Notes under the pieces: generated by a model | The model's input: only the letters and a program-made list of their open reading frames with translations | The model's database searches: none | What the model was told of the DNA's origin: nothing | Source: Chloroflexi bacterium UBA6622 | GTDB lineage: Bacteria; Chloroflexota; UBA11872 | Assembly (NCBI GenBank): GCA_002433065.1 | Contig: DJHK01000010.1 | Span: 10,796-66,188, forward strand | Direction: 5' to 3' | DNA length: 55,393 bases | Position numbers and translations under genes: made by a program | Shown: piece after piece, positions 1 through 11,264 of the stretch | How the letters are laid out: each line of letters begins with the position of its first letter | Position numbering within the stretch: position 1 is the first letter of the stretch

Positions 1-690
1 TCAAACCGGGGCATTGGCCGAGGTATCGCACGTGGTTTCGCACGCGAAGGTGCTCGGCTGGCACTAGCCGCCCGGGATGCCGCTTTGCTCAAAGAAGCAG
101 CCGAAGAATTTCAGGCGTTTGGTGGCGATGTGGTGACCTTTCCGACTGACGTCACAGTCGAGGCGGAAGCAGACGCGCTGATCGACCAAACCGTTGCACA
201 TTTCGGCCGCTTGGACGTACTCGTCAACAACGCAGGCATCGCCCGACACACGCCTGTCATCGATATGGAATTGAGTGACTGGCAGGCAACACTCGACACA
301 AACCTCACCGGGCCATTCCTGTGCGCGCGAGCAGCCCTTCGAGTAATGAGCGGAGCACGGCATGGAAGAATTATCAATGTCGCAAGCATCTCATCTCAGC
401 GCGTGCGGCCGAATTCAGCATCCTACAGCGCCTCGAAATTTGGCCTCTGGGGTCTAACACAGGTACTTGCCTTGGAAGGTCGACCCTACGGCGTGTCTTG
501 TAGCTGTCTGAATCCGGGCAACACGATGGTCGATCGACGCGTTGAAACAAACGACGCCCCCGATGAGCCAATGATGACCGTAGACGAACTAGCGACTGCC
601 GCTATCACCATGGCCGCGCTTCCCAACCACGTCAATATGCTTGAGGCTACGGTTCTCCCGGTTGACCAACTCTTTATTGGTCGCGGTTAG
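1..690 (+). CDS. Short-chain dehydrogenase/reductase, 5'-truncated by the window edge
   Basis: Frame 1 is open from base 1 (SNRGIGRGIARGFAREGARLALAAR, the end of a TGxxxGIG motif); NNAG and YSASK (YxxxK) motifs; TAG at 688-690. Confidence 0.9.
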   Translation, partial: SNRGIGRGIARGFAREGARLALAARDAALLKEAAEEFQAFGGDVVTFPTDVTVEAEADALIDQTVAHFGRLDVLVNNAGIARHTPVIDMELSDWQATLDTNLTGPFLCARAALRVMSGARHGRIINVASISSQRVRPNSASYSASKFGLWGLTQVLALEGRPYGVSCSCLNPGNTMVDRRVETNDAPDEPMMTVDELATAAITMAALPNHVNMLEATVLPVDQLFIGRG

Positions 691-725
691 AAAGGACAGA
701 ACGGGCTGGGTAATCGACCTTCGGT

Positions 726-1949
726 TTAGGCGTTTAATCCAGCAGCACGCGCCAAGTCAGCTGCACGGTCAGTCCGCTCCCACGGCACATCTTCAAGATC
801 ATCACGACCAAAGTGTCCGTAGGCGGCGACTTGCTGGTAAATGGGCCGTCGAAGCTCCAGATCCCGAATAATCACGCCAGGCCGAAGATCAAACGTTGAG
901 TTGACCGCCGACTCGATCTTTTCATCAGACACCACCCCAGTACCAAAAGTCTCAATGTTGACGGACACCGGATCAGCCTTACCAATCACATAGGCAAGCT
1001 GAATTTCAAAGCGCCTCGCAAGCCCCGCCGCCACGACATTCTTTGCCACCCAACGCGCCGCATAATTGGCTGAACGATCAACCTTAGTTGGATCCTTCCC
1101 TGAAAATGCCCCACCGCCATGACGGGCCATCCCACCATAAGTATCGACGATGATTTTCCGTCCGGTCAGGCCCGCATCCCCCATTGGTCCACCAATAACA
1201 AATCGACCGGTGGCATTGATGATGAATCGTGTATCCCCATCAATCCACTCCGCGGGCAGGGATTGTCGAACCACTAACTCTTCAATATCCCGCTCGATGA
1301 CATCGTTGCTAACTTCCGGATCATGTTGAGCCGCCACCACTACTGCATCAATTCGAGCTGGCTTTCCGTGGCGGTACTCAACAGTGACCTGGGTTTTACC
1401 ATCCGGTCGTAACCATTCGAGCGTCCCGTCTTTGCGGACCGCCGCTAGCTGCCGACCAGCTCGATGTGCAAGAGCGATCGGTGCTGGCATGAGCTCTTCT
1501 GTCTCATCACACGCGAACCCATACATCATGCCCTGGTCACCAGCACCTACCGCCTCGACATCCTCATAATCCCCAGACAACTCCCGCACCTCAAGAGCTT
1601 CGTCAACCCCCATCTTGATATCTGCGGACTGTTCCTTGAGAGACACGATGGTTCCGCAGGTCTCAAAATCAAATCCATAGTCAGCCTTGGTGTAACCAAT
1701 CGACTGCACAGTACGCCGAACCACCTGCGGTACGTCTACAGATCCCGCCGTCGAGCTGATCTCGCCCATAACCGCAACAAGACCGGTTGTCGTTGCAACC
1801 TCACATGCAACCCGAGCCTGTGGATCCGCACGCAAAAACTCATCGAGGATGGCATCCGACACCTGATCACAGAGCTTGTCCGGATGTCCCTCGGTTACCG
1901 ATTCAGAAGTAAAGAGCAGACTCGGCGCCCGCATGAAGGTACTGGTCAA
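726..1949 (-). CDS. metK: S-adenosylmethionine synthetase
   Basis: [19 protein letters not shown] and [16 protein letters not shown] signature motifs. Confidence 0.98.
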   Translation of the reverse strand: MTSTFMRAPSLLFTSESVTEGHPDKLCDQVSDAILDEFLRADPQARVACEVATTTGLVAVMGEISSTAGSVDVPQVVRRTVQSIGYTKADYGFDFETCGTIVSLKEQSADIKMGVDEALEVRELSGDYEDVEAVGAGDQGMMYGFACDETEELMPAPIALAHRAGRQLAAVRKDGTLEWLRPDGKTQVTVEYRHGKPARIDAVVVAAQHDPEVSNDVIERDIEELVVRQSLPAEWIDGDTRFIINATGRFVIGGPMGDAGLTGRKIIVDTYGGMARHGGGAFSGKDPTKVDRSANYAARWVAKNVVAAGLARRFEIQLAYVIGKADPVSVNIETFGTGVVSDEKIESAVNSTFDLRPGVIIRDLELRRPIYQQVAAYGHFGRDDLEDVPWERTDRAADLARAAGLNA

Positions 1950-1997
1950 ATTAGTCTCCTGTAACTACGATCTGCTTGAGATACAACTGGGGACACC

Positions 1998-3269
1998 CTA
2001 TGTCCCTTCATGCCAACCCTCTAAATAAGCCTGTTGCTCATCGGTCAGACTATCGATTCCAACACCCATGGCCTGAAGTTTCAATCCCGCCACATCACGA
2101 TCGATATCACCTGACACATCGTAGACAGCTGGAGGCATGGAAGAAGCGTTTTTCGCCAAATGCTCAAGGGCAAGAGCCTGATTAGCAAAACTCATATCCA
2201 TGACGCTGGCAGGATGTCCCTCACCAGCGGCAAGATTAACGAGACGCCCCTGCGCCAGTACAAAAATCCTGCGACCATCAGAAAGATCGTACGCATCAAC
2301 AAACGGCCTGGCCTTGTCAACACCGGTCGCCATTGATTCAAGTTCGGCAAGGTTAATCTCAATATCGAAGTGGCCTGAATTCGCCAAGATGGCTCCATCT
2401 TTCATGACTTCGATGTGATGTCGATCGATAACGTGCTTATCGCCCGTGACGGTTATGAACATGTCTCCAATAGCTGCCGCCTCAAGCATAGGCATCACCC
2501 GATAACCATCCATCACGGCCTCAAGCGCTCGTACTGGATCAACTTCTGTGACGACAACCTGTGCTCCCATTCCATCGGCCCGACTTGCAAGGCCCCGACC
2601 ACACCAGCCATAGCCACCAACCACAACTGTTCGACCGGCCAACAAAATGTTGGTCGCTCGTACAATGCCGTCGAGCGTCGACTGTCCGGTTCCATATCGG
2701 TTATCAAACATATGCTTGGTCATCGCTTCATTTACAGCAACGATTGGATACTTGAGCACACCTTCCGCAGCCATAGCCTTTAGCCGAATCACACCAGTTG
2801 TTGTCTCTTCAGTCCCACCCAACACCCCATCAATAACATCGGTTCGCTTCGAATGAAGCATCGACACCAAATCTGCACCATCATCAGTTGTCAGATGAGG
2901 CTTGGCGTCCAACACCGATTCAATATGACTGTAGTAGACATCTGAATCCTCACCATTAATCGCGAAGGTGGCCGCTCCATATTCCTGAACAAGCGCCGCA
3001 GCTACATCGTCCTGTGTGCTCAGAGGATTGGACGCGCACAGCAAAACCTCCGCACCTCCAGCCTGCAGGGTGCGCATAAGATTTGCGGTCTCCGCTGTAA
3101 CGTGGAGACAAGCACTAATACGAATCCCGTCAAGCGGACGCTCACGGGAAAATCGATCTCTAATCGTCGCAAGAACCGGCATCGACAGATCAGCCCATTC
3201 AATACGCTTAACACCAAAACCAGCCAGCGACGAATCAGCAATATCGGACTGGTGAGAACCTGTGACCAT
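1998..3269 (-). CDS. ahcY: Adenosylhomocysteinase (short form, 423 aa)
   Basis: [42 protein letters not shown] and [14 protein letters not shown]. Confidence 0.98.
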   Translation of the reverse strand: MVTGSHQSDIADSSLAGFGVKRIEWADLSMPVLATIRDRFSRERPLDGIRISACLHVTAETANLMRTLQAGGAEVLLCASNPLSTQDDVAAALVQEYGAATFAINGEDSDVYYSHIESVLDAKPHLTTDDGADLVSMLHSKRTDVIDGVLGGTEETTTGVIRLKAMAAEGVLKYPIVAVNEAMTKHMFDNRYGTGQSTLDGIVRATNILLAGRTVVVGGYGWCGRGLASRADGMGAQVVVTEVDPVRALEAVMDGYRVMPMLEAAAIGDMFITVTGDKHVIDRHHIEVMKDGAILANSGHFDIEINLAELESMATGVDKARPFVDAYDLSDGRRIFVLAQGRLVNLAAGEGHPASVMDMSFANQALALEHLAKNASSMPPAVYDVSGDIDRDVAGLKLQAMGVGIDSLTDEQQAYLEGWHEGT

Positions 3270-3304
3270 GAATAACTCCAGATCAACAACTAGACAATTA
3301 TCAG

Positions 3305-4246
3305 TTAAAAAGCAACAAATTCACTAAATTCAGCGTACCGAGTATTAACTTCGTCCCTCGTCAGATCAGCAAGACGACTAACTCCGAACGCTTCAACTGT
3401 AAACGAAGCTACGACGCTGCCATAGACCACGGCCCGACGCAATGCTAAAGCGTCACTGGTACCAGCCTCTGCAAGACTTCCAAGAAACGCACCCGCAAAT
3501 GCGTCGCCGGCCCCCGTGGGATCAATCACCTCCCCAAGCGGGTAGCCAGGCGCAAAAAACCAGCCCTCTTGATCTGCCAACAAGGCCCCATACTCGCCTC
3601 TCTTGACCACTACGCTGGATGGTCCCATAGAAAGAATATTGTGTGCAGCCCTAGGAATATTTGAATCACGACCGAACAACCGTATTTCCTCATCGTTTAA
3701 AACAACACATGTACATCGCTGGACAACAGTTGCTAACCGATCCCAGTCACTCTGAATCCAGAAATCCATTGAGTCCGCCAGCACAAATCGAGGATCCTCT
3801 ACCTGTTCGAGCACCCTGAGTTGAATTGCTGGGTCCGTATTGCCCAGAAACACAAATGACCCGACCGTAACGTGTTCGGGCACTGTCGGATCAAAGTCTC
3901 GCAGAACATTCAGATCCACGAAGGTTGTCTCCCTAATGTTCATGTTCGATTCGTAGCGGCCACCCCAGCGGAAGGTCTTGCCTTCAGCGCGCTCGAGACC
4001 GCTGAGATTTATCGAATGATCCCGCAAGAGCGCCTCGTGATCCGACGGAAAATCAGTCCCGACCACACTTGAGAGCGTCGATCGCGCAAAGAGCCGAGAA
4101 GCAAGACTTGCATAGGTCGCGGAACCTCCAAGAACGCCCACAGCGTGATCTTGAGGCGTTGCAATATCGTCAATGCCAACAGTTCCAATTACAACGACAT
4201 GCCCGTCTGAAGTGTTCACCGTTCTAACCATCTCATCTGTCCACAC
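3305..4246 (-). CDS. PfkB-family carbohydrate/nucleoside kinase
   Basis: [15 protein letters not shown] and the [11 protein letters not shown] PfkB signature; lies between mtnP and ahcY. Confidence 0.9.
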   Translation of the reverse strand: MWTDEMVRTVNTSDGHVVVIGTVGIDDIATPQDHAVGVLGGSATYASLASRLFARSTLSSVVGTDFPSDHEALLRDHSINLSGLERAEGKTFRWGGRYESNMNIRETTFVDLNVLRDFDPTVPEHVTVGSFVFLGNTDPAIQLRVLEQVEDPRFVLADSMDFWIQSDWDRLATVVQRCTCVVLNDEEIRLFGRDSNIPRAAHNILSMGPSSVVVKRGEYGALLADQEGWFFAPGYPLGEVIDPTGAGDAFAGAFLGSLAEAGTSDALALRRAVVYGSVVASFTVEAFGVSRLADLTRDEVNTRYAEFSEFVAF

Positions 4247-4313
4247 CTATCCAATCACCTAAGGTCGAATGACCCGTGAGCGTCCTGCATCCGTCGGCAA
4301 GAGTACCGGGACA

Positions 4314-5192
4314 TTACTTGCCGCTTGATTGTCCGAGATACTTGCCAACAAGCAACTGATATCTGTCAACAAGCGCCCGATCCACAGCATCTGGCGCAGT
4401 GACGATTGCTGTTTCAAGAGCCGTTGCACACTCGCATTCGGAATCACAGGCAGCAATATTGGGGACTGCTTCTCGGACCGTGTCCTGCGAAAGCACCGTA
4501 TTACGAGCCAGATTCTGGATTACGAGTTCGGCCGAAACATCTTGCTCACTTTCATGCCAAACATCGTAATCGGTCACCATGGCAAGGACGGCGTAACAAA
4601 TCTCGGCTTCACGAGCCAACCGGGCTTCCGGAATTGCTGTCATACCAATAATGTCCATGCCCCAGGATCGGTATAGTTCCGATTCCCCCTGGGAAGAAAA
4701 CTGCGGGCCTTCGATACACAGGTACGAACCGCCACGATGGACCGTGCCACCAGCTGCTTCGGCTGCATCAGCAGCAATCGCTGACAGCTTTTGGGAAAAC
4801 GGCTTCCCCATGCCCACATGGACCACCAAGCCCGGATCGTCAAAAAAAGTCAGCTTACGGTGACGAGTATGATCCACGAGCTGGTCGGGCACGACCACAT
4901 CCAGCGGATGAATGTGCTCCCTCATACTGCCAACCGCGCTCACTGACAGAATCCAACGGACCCCCAGAGTCTTAAGCGCCCAAATGTTGGCCCGCGAGTT
5001 GACGGCCACTGGCGGAATGCGATGCCCACGACCATGACGCGGCAGAAAAGCAACAGGCACACCATCTAACGTGCCGACACGAATCTCGTCGCTCGGAGCA
5101 CCAAACGGCGTCTCAACAGCCTCGTCGCGAGCATTTTCAAGACCTGGCATATCGTAAAAACCGCTTCCGCCAATCACTGCAATGCTTGGCAT
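4314..5192 (-). CDS. mtnP: S-methyl-5'-thioadenosine phosphorylase
   Basis: IGGSG, PRHGRGH, RANIWALK, EGPQFSS, IGMT and VTDYD motifs. Confidence 0.95.
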   Translation of the reverse strand: MPSIAVIGGSGFYDMPGLENARDEAVETPFGAPSDEIRVGTLDGVPVAFLPRHGRGHRIPPVAVNSRANIWALKTLGVRWILSVSAVGSMREHIHPLDVVVPDQLVDHTRHRKLTFFDDPGLVVHVGMGKPFSQKLSAIAADAAEAAGGTVHRGGSYLCIEGPQFSSQGESELYRSWGMDIIGMTAIPEARLAREAEICYAVLAMVTDYDVWHESEQDVSAELVIQNLARNTVLSQDTVREAVPNIAACDSECECATALETAIVTAPDAVDRALVDRYQLLVGKYLGQSSGK

Positions 5193-5209
5193 ATTCAGTA
5201 TCTTCCCTT

Positions 5210-6268
5210 CTAGCCCGTGGGGGCCTTGCTCATCTCATCAACACGGCATAACTCAGCAAACGGCGGACGATACACGCCACAATCAGTCACGATAGCTGTG
5301 ATCAAGTCATGGGGTGTCACATCAAACGCCGGATTCATCACGGGCGTGTCGGCAGGCGCCCATCGCCAATCACTGTATCCCCGAACCTCCTCTGGCGCCC
5401 GTTCCTCGATGGGAATAGCCGCACCCGTCGGGACGTCGCAATCAATCGTGGAGCGTGGTGCTGCAACATAGAACGGTAACCCGTGGCTTCGAGCAGCAAC
5501 GGCATGAGCATATGTACCGATCTTATTCGCTACGTCACCGTTTGCCGCAATACGGTCAGCTCCAACGATCACTGCCGTAATCTCGCCACGCCGCATGAGA
5601 TCAGCTGACATGCTGTCCGTGATCAGCGTGAACGGGATATTGGCTTGAGCCAATTCCCAACTAGTAAGACGTCCACCCTGAAGAAGTGGTCGTGTTTCGC
5701 TGACAATGACGTCAATGCCATGCCGCTCATGAGCCACCTGGATGACACCAAGCGCCGTCCCAACGCTAGCAGCCGTGGCTAATCGTCCGGTATTGCAGTG
5801 ATGAAGGACCCGATCACCGCTGCGAAACAAATCGACACCGGCACGAGCTAAAGCTTGATGGCGTTGTTCATTATCAGCCGCAATCGCCAACGCACTTTCG
5901 ACCAATGAATGGCGCATCGCGTCAACTCCGGCCCCGCTCTTAGATAACGCCGTTTCTCGCATACGCTGCGCAGCCCAAGGAAGATTCACCGCGGTAGGCC
6001 GTGTCGCAACTACCACATCGATAACTAAACCCAATTGCTGGAGGAAATCCTCCTCCGTTGAGGCCTCGATGTTTCTTGCCCCAAGCGCAATGGCATACGC
6101 CGCGGTTACGCCTAACGCTGGTGCACCACGAATCGCCAAGCCTCGAATCGCATCACAAACATCGACGACGTCCCTACAGCGAAGAACCTCGACCACATCT
6201 GGAAGTCGGCGTTGATCAAGAATGTGAACGGCACCATCGCACCATTCAATTACCGGCGGAATGGACAT
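5210..6268 (-). CDS. mtnA: Methylthioribose-1-phosphate isomerase
   Basis: LDQRRLP, IRGAPALG, RPTAVNL, HCNTG, ETRP, GADRIAANGDVANKIGT and NPAFDVTP. Confidence 0.96.
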   Translation of the reverse strand: MSIPPVIEWCDGAVHILDQRRLPDVVEVLRCRDVVDVCDAIRGLAIRGAPALGVTAAYAIALGARNIEASTEEDFLQQLGLVIDVVVATRPTAVNLPWAAQRMRETALSKSGAGVDAMRHSLVESALAIAADNEQRHQALARAGVDLFRSGDRVLHHCNTGRLATAASVGTALGVIQVAHERHGIDVIVSETRPLLQGGRLTSWELAQANIPFTLITDSMSADLMRRGEITAVIVGADRIAANGDVANKIGTYAHAVAARSHGLPFYVAAPRSTIDCDVPTGAAIPIEERAPEEVRGYSDWRWAPADTPVMNPAFDVTPHDLITAIVTDCGVYRPPFAELCRVDEMSKAPTG

Positions 6269-6420
6269 GACTACTCGGTTTCACCCATAGGTTATGCCGA
6301 GTATATCGGTGCTCTAACCATCCATAGCTTCTTATCGCTGTCTTTGGTCAAGCATCTTGAAGAGGACCCAAACCTGCTCAACCGGTTACGATTTAATGGC
6401 TGTCGATAGCTGCAGACCAT

Positions 6421-7410
6421 ATGACCGACGCTTGTTGCCAGCCGTCACGAGAGCCCAGTCGAGAGTCACCGAGTTCCGTGACTGCTCCGAATAGACGAAC
6501 CGGAAAACCACAACCCGAGCAGCGACGGGCATTCGAACGTCCCGGAACCGTCCGTATCCGATCAACAGAGTTTCAGATGGGAACGGAAGACGCGGCTGGT
6601 TTTCCGGCTGACGGCGAGGGCCCAGTGCGTGACGTTCGCGTCGACGGGTTTCGAATTGATGCGACTGCTGTGACAAACCGTGAGTTCGCCGAATTTGTGG
6701 AGGCCACCAACTACCGGACGGATGCAGAGACATACGGATGGAGCTACGTCTTTCACCTGTTTCTTTCTCGAGAGACGCTGCACCGAACGCCCCAACGTCC
6801 GGACCAGACTCCTTGGTGGGCACCTGTCACTGGGGCTTCCTGGGAAACTCCGGAGGGACCTAACTCCGGTATCGATGAGCGGCTCGAGCATCCCGTCGTA
6901 CATATCTCATGGCATGACGCGTCAGCCTATTGCACCTGGGCAGGCACTCGCCTACCAACAGAGGCTGAGTGGGAGCTGGCAGCACGTGGTGGGCTCGAGC
7001 AACAACGGTTTCCCTGGGGCAACAAGCTCACCCCAAAGGGTGAACATCGATGCAACATCTGGCAGGGCCAGTTTCCGGACGTGAACACCGGTGCAGACGG
7101 GTGGGTGAGTACAGCACCCACCAATGCTTACAAGCCCAATGGGTTTGGGCTATACAACGTCTCCGGCAACGTCTGGGAATGGTGCAACGACTGGTTTAGC
7201 CCCACACATCACATTACCGCTGCCCCCAACAACCCGATAGGGCCAGAGCATGGCCAGCGCCGGGTACTACGCGGGGGTTCTTACCTATGCCATCGCTCGT
7301 ACTGCAACCGTTATCGGGTTGCAGCCCGGAGCTCGAATACGCCTGATAGTTCCTCTGGCAATCTTGGCTTCCGGTGTGTGGACGGTAGCCCACGAACCGC
7401 AACTTCCTAA
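6421..7410 (+). CDS. Formylglycine-generating enzyme (sulfatase-modifying factor)
   Basis: RLPTEAEWE, GNVWEW and RGGSYLCHRSYCNRYRVAAR with both catalytic Cys; N-terminal CC motif. Confidence 0.95.
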   Translation: MTDACCQPSREPSRESPSSVTAPNRRTGKPQPEQRRAFERPGTVRIRSTEFQMGTEDAAGFPADGEGPVRDVRVDGFRIDATAVTNREFAEFVEATNYRTDAETYGWSYVFHLFLSRETLHRTPQRPDQTPWWAPVTGASWETPEGPNSGIDERLEHPVVHISWHDASAYCTWAGTRLPTEAEWELAARGGLEQQRFPWGNKLTPKGEHRCNIWQGQFPDVNTGADGWVSTAPTNAYKPNGFGLYNVSGNVWEWCNDWFSPTHHITAAPNNPIGPEHGQRRVLRGGSYLCHRSYCNRYRVAARSSNTPDSSSGNLGFRCVDGSPRTATS

Positions 7411-7412
7411 CC

Positions 7413-9377
7413 ATGACCGCCGATGCCAGATCGCCCTTGTCACCGACCGTCCGGACCTCATCAAGCCTAGACCTGTCCGCGACACCACGCGTCACAGTAC
7501 GACCCGTCCCGCATGGCCTGGTCACCATCAATGCAGGGTTCTGGTCAAACCGGTTTAGAGCCGTCGCTCAACACGGCCTCTCGACACAACTCACCCACTG
7601 CCAATCCACCGGACGTCTTGAGAATTTCTCCAGAAGCGCCACCGGCCAACCATTTGAGTTTGAGGGCTATAGGTTCAACGACTCGGACGTGTACAAATGG
7701 CTTGAAGCCGCCTCTTACGCGCTGGCCCAACATGCCGACGACGCGCTTGAACAAGCCGTCAACGCGGTTGTCGAGCTAGTCGCCGCAGCTCAACAAGCCG
7801 ACGGATACCTCAACACCTATGTTTCCTCAGGGAGCACCGAACGCTACGCCAATCTCACCGACGACCACGAGCTGTATTGCATGGGCCACCTTATCCAAGC
7901 AGGCATCGCCCACCGACGATCTCTCGGATCTGAGCGGCTGTTCAACGTGGCCCTACGAGCTGCCAATCACATCTGCGCGGAGTTTGGACCACACGATCGA
8001 ACGGAACCAGACGGACATCCAGAAATCGAATTGGCTCTGGTGGAACTCACACGCGAAACGGGTGACCAGCGTTATGCCGAGCAGGCTCTGTTCTTTCTTG
8101 ACCAGCGTGGCACCACTCCTCCTCAGCTTAGTGGGGAGTCGGTGATCCAAGATCACGCTCCAGTACGCAGCCAGCATGAGGTGGTCGGACATGCTGTACG
8201 CCAGGTATATCTCGCCGCAGCCATGGTTGATGTCGCGATGGAAACCGACGACACGTCGCTACTCGCAGCCTCGGCCAAGCTCTGGGAAAGCACATATGAG
8301 CGCAAAGCGTATGTGACAGGTGGGCTAGGCGCTCGCTACCAAGGCGAATCATTCGGAGCGGATTTTGAACTCCCGAACACTCGAGCATATGCCGAAACCT
8401 GTGCCGCCGTCGCTGGCGTGATGTGGAACGCGCGGCTCCTAGCCGCAACGGGCAAAGTCCGACATGCAGATTGGTTAGAAAGAACACTCTACAACGGCGC
8501 TCTCGTTGGAATTTCGATCGATGGCACCAAGTATTTTTATTCGAATCCTTTGGGGGTCGATAGCACCCCCCAGCCCGGAGACGATCGAGGCGCAAACAGC
8601 AGCGTGTTGCAACAAACACAAACTGGCCACGCCAGGCAATCCTGGTACCCGTGTGCCTGCTGTCCGCCCAATATTGCCCGACTAATCACGAGCATAGCCG
8701 GGTATGCCTACGGCCAGTCTGACAACACCGTGTGGATTCACCAATATCTCGCCAGCCAAGTCACCATGCCGGTCTCAGAAAGCGGCGCCATTACGTTGGA
8801 TGTACAGACCCGCTACCCATGGGACGGCACCGTCGACGTGGTCGTGACGTCAGCACCGTCCCACGAAATCGAGCTTCGGCTCCGGATCCCTGAATGGGCA
8901 TGCAACGCACGCCTGCACGTTAACGATAAACCCGTCAGCGTCACTCCGGGCTCCTACGCCGGCATACGACGAACCTGGAACCCGGGAACGCGTCTACAAC
9001 TTACTCTTCCAATGAACGTGCGCTTAGTCGAAGCCCATCCCCGGGTCCAAGAAAACCGTGGACGCGTCGCTCTCGTCCGTGGGCCGCTCGTGTTCTGCCT
9101 GGAAAGCGAAGATCATCCCAACATCGATCTTGATGCTATCGGCATTGCTTCCAACACCTCATTTGCGTCAACTTTCGATGAAGATCTGCTCGGCGGGTTG
9201 ATAAAACTCGAGGCAACAGGCGTGCTGCTCGCTCCCAAAACTAACCATGCCCTCTATCAAACCGCCAGCCCCCAATCCCACCGTGGTCCCGTCCGACTGA
9301 CCGCGATTCCATATTTCGCATGGGCTAACCGAACGCCACGGGCGATGCGCGTCTGGTTACCACTGGTCACCCAATAA
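7413..9377 (+). CDS. Glycoside hydrolase family 127 (beta-L-arabinofuranosidase-like)
   Basis: DSDVYKWLEA, HELYC, GHPEIELAL, GHAVR, YAETCA and CACCPPN motifs. Confidence 0.93.
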   Translation: MTADARSPLSPTVRTSSSLDLSATPRVTVRPVPHGLVTINAGFWSNRFRAVAQHGLSTQLTHCQSTGRLENFSRSATGQPFEFEGYRFNDSDVYKWLEAASYALAQHADDALEQAVNAVVELVAAAQQADGYLNTYVSSGSTERYANLTDDHELYCMGHLIQAGIAHRRSLGSERLFNVALRAANHICAEFGPHDRTEPDGHPEIELALVELTRETGDQRYAEQALFFLDQRGTTPPQLSGESVIQDHAPVRSQHEVVGHAVRQVYLAAAMVDVAMETDDTSLLAASAKLWESTYERKAYVTGGLGARYQGESFGADFELPNTRAYAETCAAVAGVMWNARLLAATGKVRHADWLERTLYNGALVGISIDGTKYFYSNPLGVDSTPQPGDDRGANSSVLQQTQTGHARQSWYPCACCPPNIARLITSIAGYAYGQSDNTVWIHQYLASQVTMPVSESGAITLDVQTRYPWDGTVDVVVTSAPSHEIELRLRIPEWACNARLHVNDKPVSVTPGSYAGIRRTWNPGTRLQLTLPMNVRLVEAHPRVQENRGRVALVRGPLVFCLESEDHPNIDLDAIGIASNTSFASTFDEDLLGGLIKLEATGVLLAPKTNHALYQTASPQSHRGPVRLTAIPYFAWANRTPRAMRVWLPLVTQ

Positions 9378-9448
9378 CCGTCATCGACTTGAGGCTCAGC
9401 TAGCGACTCAACTGCCTTCAGGTCGGAAACATGCCTACCGTATTGATA

Positions 9449-9715
9449 TCACGACTCAAGCATCGTGATGGTTGGAGGTGAAACAACTCCGGCATGCTGC
9501 ATGCGTTCTTTTTGCTCCGGGGAGGAAAAGAACGCCAAAAATACTTCCTTAGATGGCGCATCACCAATCACCCAAACTGTGTTTGGGGCATCGATCTGGA
9601 AGTAACACTCGGCCGAAATCCCGACCTCAAGCCGAGCCCCTTCGCGTTCGTTAAAAGCCTTCTTGAAATTTTCCGTGTCAGCAACATCAAACGAAATAAT
9701 GACTTTGAGGCTCAT
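9449..9715 (-). CDS. Small hypothetical protein, probable dimeric alpha-beta barrel
   Basis: 88-aa ORF with GAAAGGA ribosome-binding site upstream; pattern V.D...FKKAF...R...G and F.SPE.KERMQ.AGV..PP resembles small cyclase/ABM-like barrels. Confidence 0.7.
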   Translation of the reverse strand: MSLKVIISFDVADTENFKKAFNEREGARLEVGISAECYFQIDAPNTVWVIGDAPSKEVFLAFFSSPEQKERMQHAGVVSPPTITMLES

Positions 9716-9813
9716 GAATTATCCTTTCGATGATTTCGATCAGGCCGAAGACATAACGGATCCGTCCAGAGAATTTCGACTAGCTTCCCAGCGCGACGGG
9801 AGACAACGTCATT

Positions 9814-9982
9814 CTAGCCAATTCGGAATTCCATCGGAGCCCCTGTAAAATTGATCTGAGGTCCCACTTGCTGAATGAAATCCGCGCCGCCATTTTCTGA
9901 AATCCGACGCTTCCTGATCGGCCTTGGCCGCTATATCGTTGGTACGGGGATCATAGATAGATCTCAACGCCGTTTCAAAACG
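9814..9982 (-). pseudogene. Relic 3' end of a paralogous sulfatase gene with a 1-nt frameshift
   Basis: Translates RFETALRSIYDPRTNDIAAKADQ / RRISENGGADFIQQVGPQINFTGAPMEFRIG*, collinear with the C-terminus of the sulfatase at 11265..12725; one extra base near 9911. Confidence 0.9.
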
Positions 9983-10138
9983 CATCTTATGTCTGCCTTA
10001 GACTTGGGGTGTACCTGAGAAGCCTTCTTCAAATTTGGCTGGGGGGATTATTAACGGATCGCCGGTGAGTACATCCCCAACAGGATTCGTGTCAAAGCAG
10101 GCATGCAGGCTCGTGCATTTCACGAGACAATTAATGCG

Positions 10139-11263
10139 ATGAACATTGCGCACGTTCGAACGCACACGTTGAAAAACCCTGACGTCGCTGCGCCCAGTGG
10201 ACCCGGTGCAACACAAGAATCGGTCGCCCTTGTGGTTGTCGAAATTGAAACAACCGACGGACTGATTGGCCTCGGTACTGTCGGCGGTTTCCCGACCGGT
10301 GCCGCCGAGATTATCGAGCAGCAATTTGCTCCAATGCTCATCGGGATCGAGGCTTCTGATATCGAAACGATTTGGGATCGGTTATATGCCTCGCTTGATC
10401 GACAAGGTCAACAGGGCACCGGGGTGATGGCGCTTAGCGGGGTGGATATTGCCCTGTGGGACCTGCTGGGAAAGTCATTAGGACAGCCGGTCGTGAGCCT
10501 TATTGGCGGCGGACAGACCGCACGCATACCCGTATATCTAAGCAGCCTGTCACTGCAGCGTCGACCGAATGCTGCAGCCCTCCTTAATGAGATCTCCGTA
10601 GCCCGACAGTCCGGGTTCGTCGGGTTTAAGTATTTCTTCAGCCACGACCTTAAGGAAGGATCGACAGGCCGCAGGCAAGAACTCGATTTACTTCGAGAGA
10701 TTCGCGATGTGATCGGGGACGACGCGCGATTGATGGTCGACGCCCACTTCAACTGGGATCTTCCGTACGCCCAACGGATGCTTGAACCCTTGGCACAACT
10801 CGATGTGGCCTGGCTCGAAAACCCGCTACCAATAGAGGACCTCGCTGGCTACGAAACACTCGCACGAACAGGGCTCGTAGCGCTTGCCGCGGGCGAATCC
10901 GAGCGCACCCGATTTCCCTTTACCCGGCTCATAAACGCAGGGGTGTTCTACTTGCAACCGGATATCAACCGGGTTGGTGGATTTACGGAAGCCCTCCGTA
11001 TTTGCGGCCTAGCAGCGAGCCACCACCGGATCGTCGCCCCCCATCAAGGTTGGATGCACTCATGGCACCTGATCGCCGGGCGCTCGTGCTGCAAGATCGG
11101 CGAATACTTTCCGCGCCGCAACCCCTTGCCCGGAAATGCCGTGATCTGGGATGTCCTTGATGGCGAACCCGAAGCCGACAACGGACTGATAACGATCCCC
11201 CAACAAGCAGGCTTTGGCTGGCAACTCAACCATTCCCGTCTAACAACCCGCCTTGCGGGTTAA
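10139..11263 (+). CDS. Mandelate racemase/muconate lactonizing enzyme family protein (acid-sugar dehydratase-like)
   Basis: ALSGVDIALWDL.GK, LMVDA, WLENP, AAGE, QPD and APH. Start could alternatively be 10103. Confidence 0.9.
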   Translation: MNIAHVRTHTLKNPDVAAPSGPGATQESVALVVVEIETTDGLIGLGTVGGFPTGAAEIIEQQFAPMLIGIEASDIETIWDRLYASLDRQGQQGTGVMALSGVDIALWDLLGKSLGQPVVSLIGGGQTARIPVYLSSLSLQRRPNAAALLNEISVARQSGFVGFKYFFSHDLKEGSTGRRQELDLLREIRDVIGDDARLMVDAHFNWDLPYAQRMLEPLAQLDVAWLENPLPIEDLAGYETLARTGLVALAAGESERTRFPFTRLINAGVFYLQPDINRVGGFTEALRICGLAASHHRIVAPHQGWMHSWHLIAGRSCCKIGEYFPRRNPLPGNAVIWDVLDGEPEADNGLITIPQQAGFGWQLNHSRLTTRLAG

Positions 11264-11264
11264 C

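Noticed and set aside
6269-6420. SAM or SAH riboswitch upstream of the mtnA-metK operon
   Set aside because: I could not see SAM-I, SAM-II or SAH consensus elements here or in the internal gaps; an Rfam scan would be needed to exclude them.
9998-10100. Minus-strand text GDVLTGDPLIIPPAKFEEGF as a possible relic of another enolase-family C-terminus
   Set aside because: The resemblance is too short and vague to support without a search.
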